Both the position numbers and the translations under genes were made by a program. Below are positions 28,777 to 33,224 of a stretch of 33,224 bases of DNA, in pieces (positions within the stretch are counted from its first letter, which is position 1; each line of letters opens with the position of its first letter). The notes under the pieces were generated by a model. The model had not been told where the DNA came from and searched no databases. It worked only from the letters and a program-made list of their open reading frames with translations. Origin of the DNA: an uncultured candidatus Brocadiaceae bacterium. GTDB taxonomy: Bacteria > Planctomycetota > UBA1135 > UBA2386. The DNA lies in assembly GCA_964392555.1 (NCBI GenBank), contig CAYMRG010000001.1, forward strand, positions 19,842 to 53,065, read 5' to 3'.

Positions 28777-29208
28777 GTGCCCGCACCCCTCCACGACCTC
28801 GCCTGCGCCAACGCCGCGCGGCGCGCCGGCCGGCCCGACCCGGCCCTCGAACGCGCACTCGCGACGGCGACCGGCTGCGACCGGCGCCTCGCGGCCTACG
28901 GCACGCTGCGGCCCGGCGAAGCGAACCACCGCGAAGTCGCCGACCTGTGCGGTGCGTGGCGCCCGGCGTGGCTGACGGGCCGCGTCGAGCAGCGCGAATA
29001 CCCGTTCCTGACCTTCGATCCGGGCGCGCCGCCGATCGCGGTGGCGCTGCTGGTCAGCGCCGAGCTGCCGCGGCATTGGCCGCGGCTCGACGCGTTCGAA
29101 GGCGCCGACTACGTCCGCATCCTCGTGCCGGTACACACCGAGGACGGTGCGACCGTGCTGGCGAACGTCTACGTGGCCGCCGACGCAGCCGACGGCATCA
29201 GAACGTGA
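28777..29208 (+). CDS. Gamma-glutamylcyclotransferase-like (AIG2/GGACT fold) protein
   Basis: AAYGTLRPGEANH...YPFL...LVSAELPRHWPRLDAFEGADYVRILVPV...ANVYV. The longest ORF starts at GTG 28705, with in-frame GTGs at 28741 and 28777. I prefer 28777 because operator site B lies inside the 28705 extension. The start is uncertain. Confidence 0.6.
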   Translation: MPAPLHDLACANAARRAGRPDPALERALATATGCDRRLAAYGTLRPGEANHREVADLCGAWRPAWLTGRVEQREYPFLTFDPGAPPIAVALLVSAELPRHWPRLDAFEGADYVRILVPVHTEDGATVLANVYVAADAADGIRT

Positions 29209-29962
29209 ACCCGCCGCCGGCGAGGAAGCCGCTGATCGTGATGTCGGCGTTGAAGGTGTCGCTGTCGATGACGCCGTCGAGGTTCAGACCGAGCGACCGA
29301 TAGCCGACGAACAGGTCGAGCCAGGGCTTCGGCCGCACCGTGACCAGCGCCTCGATGTCGAGGAACTTGCCCTTGACGTCCTCGACGTCGGCCTCCACGT
29401 AACCGACCTCGGCGGTCGCGGCGACGATGCCGAGATCGACCTGGCCGCGCAGGAAGCCGATCGGCACCGGCCCCTTGAGCTGGACGTTCTCGTTGGCGAT
29501 GCCGATCAGATCGTTGACCGTGAGGTCGAGGTTGAAGTAGTCGACGCCGACGCCCGGCGAGATCGTCACCGGGCCGAGCCCGATGTCGAAGGCGAGCGTC
29601 GTCTTGGCGTTCCACATGTCGAGTTCGCTGTGGACCGGCGTGCCCGCGATCAGGATCGGGCTGTCGCCGAAGTTCGCCTCGAGCACGCCATCGCCGGAGT
29701 CGGCGAACGAGAAGCCGGACACGGCGAGCACCGGCACGCCGAAGTCGACCATCGCGCGGCCGTACGGTGAACCCTGCTTGTCGCCGAGGCCGAACGCGCT
29801 CTCGATGTCCTGGTCGACCGAAGTCGCCGAGCTGCCGTTGACGTAGCCGAGGCGCCCGTCGATCGACATGCGCGCGTAACCGGCCGCCGCCGAGACGGAC
29901 GGCACCGAGCACGCCGAAGTCGCGATCAGCGCGAGGGCGGAGAGGAGGAAGGTGGTGCGCAT
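29198..29962 (-). CDS. Outer-membrane beta-barrel protein
   Basis: Signal peptide MRTTFLLSALALIATSA. Alternating hydrophobic beta-strand pattern. C-terminal ...GFLAGGGFTF with a terminal Phe. Confidence 0.7.
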   Translation of the reverse strand: MRTTFLLSALALIATSACSVPSVSAAAGYARMSIDGRLGYVNGSSATSVDQDIESAFGLGDKQGSPYGRAMVDFGVPVLAVSGFSFADSGDGVLEANFGDSPILIAGTPVHSELDMWNAKTTLAFDIGLGPVTISPGVGVDYFNLDLTVNDLIGIANENVQLKGPVPIGFLRGQVDLGIVAATAEVGYVEADVEDVKGKFLDIEALVTVRPKPWLDLFVGYRSLGLNLDGVIDSDTFNADITISGFLAGGGFTF

Positions 29963-29973
29963 GGAGTCCGGCC

Positions 29974-30777
29974 TCATTGGTGGTATGCGACGCTGCGCGC
30001 GACGATGTCGAAGGCGAACGTGCCGTTGATGCCGTCGATCGCGATCACGGCGGTGGACGTGCCGTCGAAGGTGACGCTGCCCGAGACCGTCCGCTGGCCG
30101 ACGACGGTGATGTCGACGGTGCCGATCGGGTAGCTCTGCGCCGGATCCGTGTCGAGCTGCAGGCTCTGCGTGTTGAACGTCAGCGAGCACGACGTCGACG
30201 TCTCGCTGATCGTCGCGTCCGCGTTCGGCGGCGGGCCGCCCGCCGGCGTCGCGGTGGTCGTGCGCAGCTCGAGCAGTTCGTCCTGGCTGCCCGAGCCGCC
30301 GAGGATGCCGGTGAACGCGCCCGCGCCGGTGACGCCGGAACCCGAAAGCGTCCAGTCACCGACCAGGAACTGGCCGGTCGTGCCGTAGAGGTTGCGCAGT
30401 TCGGTGGCCGCGATCGCGACCGCTTCGCCGAGCGTCGTCGCCGCGCTGAGGTCGAAGTCCTGCAGCGTGCCGGTCGGGCTGTAGAAGCCGACGGTCATGG
30501 CGATCGTGACGCCGGAGACGATGTAGGTGACGTCGACCGTACCGTTGTTCTGTTCCGCCCACGTCAGGCCGGTCGGGTCGGCCGGCGTCGTCGACGTGTT
30601 GAGCCGCCACGAATCGGTGATCTCCAGCAGCGCGTCGAGGCGCTGGTAGAGGTCGGGGAAGCAGGTGGTGACCGTCTCGACCCGCGCCTGCAGGTCGGAG
30701 TCGATCGTCGAGGTAACCTTGCTGGAACAAGCCGTGGCGACCAGCGCGGTCAGCCAGAGAGAGTAGCGAACGGACAT
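29974..30777 (-). CDS. Lipoprotein of unknown function (Thr/Gly-rich)
   Basis: Lipobox LVATAC in MSVRYSLWLTALVATACSS. Lies 11 nt upstream of the OMP gene on the same strand. Confidence 0.6.
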   Translation of the reverse strand: MSVRYSLWLTALVATACSSKVTSTIDSDLQARVETVTTCFPDLYQRLDALLEITDSWRLNTSTTPADPTGLTWAEQNNGTVDVTYIVSGVTIAMTVGFYSPTGTLQDFDLSAATTLGEAVAIAATELRNLYGTTGQFLVGDWTLSGSGVTGAGAFTGILGGSGSQDELLELRTTTATPAGGPPPNADATISETSTSCSLTFNTQSLQLDTDPAQSYPIGTVDITVVGQRTVSGSVTFDGTSTAVIAIDGINGTFAFDIVARSVAYHQ

Positions 30778-30779
30778 CA

Positions 30780-30835
30780 GGGCCTCCGCGAGGAAAGGGG
30801 AACAGCCGATGGCATCGGCAGTTTGCCGGAGGCCC
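30780..30835 (-). promoter_or_regulatory. Structured 5' UTR / intergenic element: a 9-bp long-range helix that sequesters the GGAGG Shine-Dalgarno of the lipoprotein gene and encloses a 6-bp hairpin
   Basis: GGGCCTCCG (30780-30788) pairs with CGGAGGCCC (30827-30835). The inner hairpin is GCCGAT-GGC-ATCGGC (30805-30819). On the minus strand the 3' arm reads CGGAGGCCCUGAUG. Confidence 0.4.
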
Positions 30836-30861
30836 CTTGAGTCGCGCTGCTGAAAAATCGA

Positions 30862-32154
30862 TCAGTTGCCACCCGATGTCGCGGGAACCCGCACCGCGAA
30901 CTGCAGCCCGGGGTCGGGGTGGTCGCTGGTCAGCAGCAGCGTGCCCAGGTCGGCGGTCGGCGTACCGCGGAACACGGTCGCGCCGTTCACGGTGACGGTG
31001 ACCTCGCGCCCGAGGTCGAGCACGCGACCGTCGAGCAGCACCTGCAGCCCGTTCGCCGGCTTGTCGCACGTGACGGTGATCGTGTTGGCCTTCCGGTCGA
31101 GGTCGGCGACGACCAGCGCGCCGAGCACCGGCTTGTCCCAGTAGAGCCACGCGAACTGGCGCTTCCACGGCAGCGCCGGCTGCCAGACGATTCGCTCCGG
31201 TATCACCGAGCGCGCCTTGCCCGCGATCCGCCGCAGCAGCGCGATCGGGCCGCCGGGCGGGTCGTCGTGGCCCTTGCCGGCGACCTCCCAGTAGTCGTGC
31301 GTGTAGCCGCCCCACTTCTGCGCCGCTTCGGCGAGCCGCTGCACCGCGAACCGGTTGCCATCGGGCGTCACCTGCGGGTCGGCGCCACCCTGGTAGATCG
31401 CGGCGAAGACGTTGCGCAGCGACGGCACGACGCCGTCCTGCAGATCGACGATCGGTCCACCGGGCGCGTTGCGGATCGGCGTCGGCGCGCCCGAACTCGC
31501 CGCCAGCGCCGCGGTGCGATCGGCGTGGTGCGCGCCGAGCACCCAGGCGCCGTGGCCGCCCATCGAGAAGCCGGCGAGGTAGACGTGGTCCGGGTCGATC
31601 TGCCACGTGCGCAGTGCCGCGTCGACGAGGTCGATCACGAATTCCTCGGTGCCCGAATCGGTCCAGCCGCACTCGGTCTGCGCGAGCACGCCGGGCGCGA
31701 TCATCAGGTAGCCGAGCTGCTGCAGGGCCGGGCCGTACGAACCGGCGAGCCCGACCGGATCGCCGAACCCGACGCCGCCGCCGTGCATCGCGATCACGAG
31801 GCCCTTCGGCTTCTTGGTCTCGCCGCCGACGAGGTAGCGGCCGCGCTGCTCGCCACCTTTGCCGTCCGCGGGCCAGAACCAGTTGTCGCCGCTCTTGGTG
31901 AGCGTCCGGCCCTTCGCCCACAGCTTCGCGATCTTCTGCTGCCACGCCTTCTGCTGCTTGCCGTCGAGCGCCGGCAGCGCCGCGAGCCGCGCGAGGATCG
32001 CCAGCCGCGCTGTGTGACCGGCTTCGGTCTTGTCGTCGGCGGCGAAGAACGCACCCACCGCCTGGTCCACTTCCTTGGCCGAAGGAGCCTGTTGGGCCGT
32101 GGCGACGGCGGCGAGCAGCGCTGCGAGCGGCGACGAACGAAGCGCGAGGTGCAT
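30862..32154 (-). CDS. Secreted alpha/beta-hydrolase (esterase/peptidase-like, GxSxG)
   Basis: Signal peptide MHLALRSSPLAALLAAVATAQQ at ATG 32154. Oxyanion-type IAMHGGG and nucleophile elbow LAGFSMGGHGAW. The upstream part of track ORF 30862..33195 is antisense to the methyltransferase gene. Confidence 0.7.
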   Translation of the reverse strand: MHLALRSSPLAALLAAVATAQQAPSAKEVDQAVGAFFAADDKTEAGHTARLAILARLAALPALDGKQQKAWQQKIAKLWAKGRTLTKSGDNWFWPADGKGGEQRGRYLVGGETKKPKGLVIAMHGGGVGFGDPVGLAGSYGPALQQLGYLMIAPGVLAQTECGWTDSGTEEFVIDLVDAALRTWQIDPDHVYLAGFSMGGHGAWVLGAHHADRTAALAASSGAPTPIRNAPGGPIVDLQDGVVPSLRNVFAAIYQGGADPQVTPDGNRFAVQRLAEAAQKWGGYTHDYWEVAGKGHDDPPGGPIALLRRIAGKARSVIPERIVWQPALPWKRQFAWLYWDKPVLGALVVADLDRKANTITVTCDKPANGLQVLLDGRVLDLGREVTVTVNGATVFRGTPTADLGTLLLTSDHPDPGLQFAVRVPATSGGN

Positions 32155-32374
32155 GCTGGTGGTGTGCCCGGCGGGGTGCGGGTGCGCAACGGTTCTCGTC
32201 GATTCCTCTCGGTGTTGACGCCGTGCTCGTCGGCGGGCGTCGTCGCGCGGATGCGGCTCGGCCCATCGCCCGCCGCCGGCGATAGAGTGTTCGCCATGTC
32301 GCGCCGATCGATTTCGCCGGGGGCTGCCGGCCGGTTCGTGGTCGGGCCGCGCGCCGGGCGCTGAGCGGGTTGCG

Positions 32375-33199
32375 ATGGTCACCCCCGAAGAGTTCTGGAG
32401 TCGCCACGACGCGATCGAGGCCCGGCTCTCGGCGCCGCTGAGCGAACGGATGCTCGACCTCGCGAGGCTGCGGCCGGGCATGCGCGTACTCGACCTCGCC
32501 ACCGGCCGCGGCGAGCCGGCGTGGCGCGCGGCCCAGCGCGTGGCACCCGGGGGCACGGTGCTCGGCGTCGACCCCGACCCCGGCGTGTTGCGCCTCGCGC
32601 AGCAGGCCGCGGAGCAACGGAACGTGCTCAATCTCCAGCTGCGCGTCGCCCGCGCCGAGGCGCTCGACGATGTTCGTGAGCGGTCGTTCGACGCCGTCAC
32701 CTGCCGTTGGGGCCTCATGTACATGGCCGAGCCCACGGCGGCGCTACGGCATGTCGCACGCGCACTGACCGACGACGGCAGGTTCGTCGCGGCCCTGTGG
32801 GCCCGGCCCGAGCAGGTCGCCTGGCACACGTTGCCGAGAACGCTGCTCGCCTCGCACCGACCTCTGCCGCCACGGGTGCCCGACGCACCCGGACCGTTCC
32901 GCTTCGCCGACCCGGAGCGTACCGCACACGAGTTCGCCGCCTGCGACCTCGCCATCGAGCACACCGAGGATCTGCACGTCGACGTGTTCGAGGCCGCGAC
33001 GATGCCCGAGGTGCTGGCCTGGGTGCGCGCGCTCGGCCTGCAGACTCTGCTGCAGGAATTGCCCGACGACGCGGTGCGGAGCTGGGAAGGGGCGCTCGCG
33101 ACGACGCTCGAACGAGGTCGCACCGACGGTATGCTCCGGCTGGGTGGCACGACGCGGCTCGTCGTGGCGCGGCGCGCCACGGTGAGCCCTGCCACGTGA
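32375..33199 (+). CDS. Class I SAM-dependent methyltransferase
   Basis: Motif I VLDLATGRGEPA, motif II-like VLGVDPD, and FDAVTCRWGLMYM. Confidence 0.8.
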   Translation: MVTPEEFWSRHDAIEARLSAPLSERMLDLARLRPGMRVLDLATGRGEPAWRAAQRVAPGGTVLGVDPDPGVLRLAQQAAEQRNVLNLQLRVARAEALDDVRERSFDAVTCRWGLMYMAEPTAALRHVARALTDDGRFVAALWARPEQVAWHTLPRTLLASHRPLPPRVPDAPGPFRFADPERTAHEFAACDLAIEHTEDLHVDVFEAATMPEVLAWVRALGLQTLLQELPDDAVRSWEGALATTLERGRTDGMLRLGGTTRLVVARRATVSPAT

Positions 33200-33224
33200 C
33201 CGACCTCGGTCCTGTCGCCGCGCG

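Noticed and set aside
32296-32364. 22-codon upstream ORF (MSRRSISPGAAGRFVVGPRAGR) ending 10 nt before the methyltransferase start
   Set aside because: It has no ribosome-binding site and no recognisable leader-peptide features. It lies in a frame that is open for 1.4 kb purely because of GC content, so there is nothing to support it.
1-33224. Search for CRISPR arrays, tRNA/rRNA genes, IS elements, integrases, prophage or known defence-system gene sets
   Set aside because: I found no regularly spaced short repeats. The longest intergenic gap is 220 nt, which leaves no room for a structured RNA gene. No transposase, integrase or phage-like translations appear in any frame. The AAA/DUF4143 ATPase and Fic genes are each solitary, so I do not call a defence system.

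Overview
This is a 33.2-kb, very GC-rich, densely coding bacterial chromosomal segment. My hand counts of single 60-nt lines give about 62-72% GC in ordinary genes and about 57-60% in one island. All family assignments come from motifs I read in the translations; I ran no database search. I call 26 protein-coding genes. I found no rRNA or tRNA genes, no CRISPR array and no transposase or integrase.

The left half (about 2.1-16.7 kb) is an envelope thiol-redox and proteostasis neighbourhood:
- two paralogous ECF sigma / membrane anti-sigma pairs
- a secreted tandem-thioredoxin protein with two WCGWC motifs
- an HtrA-type serine protease
- a 1-Cys redoxin
- a TlpA-like lipoprotein (WCAPC)
- a 14-blade Kelch lipoprotein
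- a very unusual DsbD-family protein

A low-GC Fic (HPFQDGNGRVAR) gene is inserted in the middle of this neighbourhood.

The right half carries:
- a signal-peptide metzincin (HEMAHSVGVPHH) translationally coupled to a lipoprotein
- an AAA/DUF4143-type ATPase
- a tandem DUF1579-like protein
- a large HEAT/TPR protein
- a stand-alone secretin-N-domain protein
- an OmpR-type two-component system
- a GGCT-like gene
- an esterase-lipoprotein-OMP operon
- a methyltransferase

Main hunt results:
1. The DsbD-family gene is interrupted by one in-frame TGA exactly where the first Cys of the C-terminal thioredoxin CxxC motif should be (…NFTGFN-TGA-VNC…). A 7-bp hairpin follows at bacterial-SECIS distance. 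I predict a UxxC selenocysteine protein of about 960 codons.
2. The same protein carries three tandem DsbD-alpha-like domains instead of one, and each keeps its Cys pair.
3. An 18-bp element, TGTCAAG(G/A)AAGGGTCAAG, has GTCAAG half-sites 11 bp apart. It occurs twice, in the two intergenic regions that bracket the two-component operon. It looks like the operator of the OmpR-family regulator.
4. Smaller items: matching GGAAY-N16/17-TCGC ECF-type promoter candidates, REP-like hairpin repeats, a histidine kinase whose first TM helix lies upstream of any canonical start codon, a Shine-Dalgarno-sequestering 5' UTR helix, and a possible frameshifted or leaderless ATPase start.

The many long Arg/Ala/Pro-rich ORFs in the track are off-frame or antisense artefacts of the high GC content.
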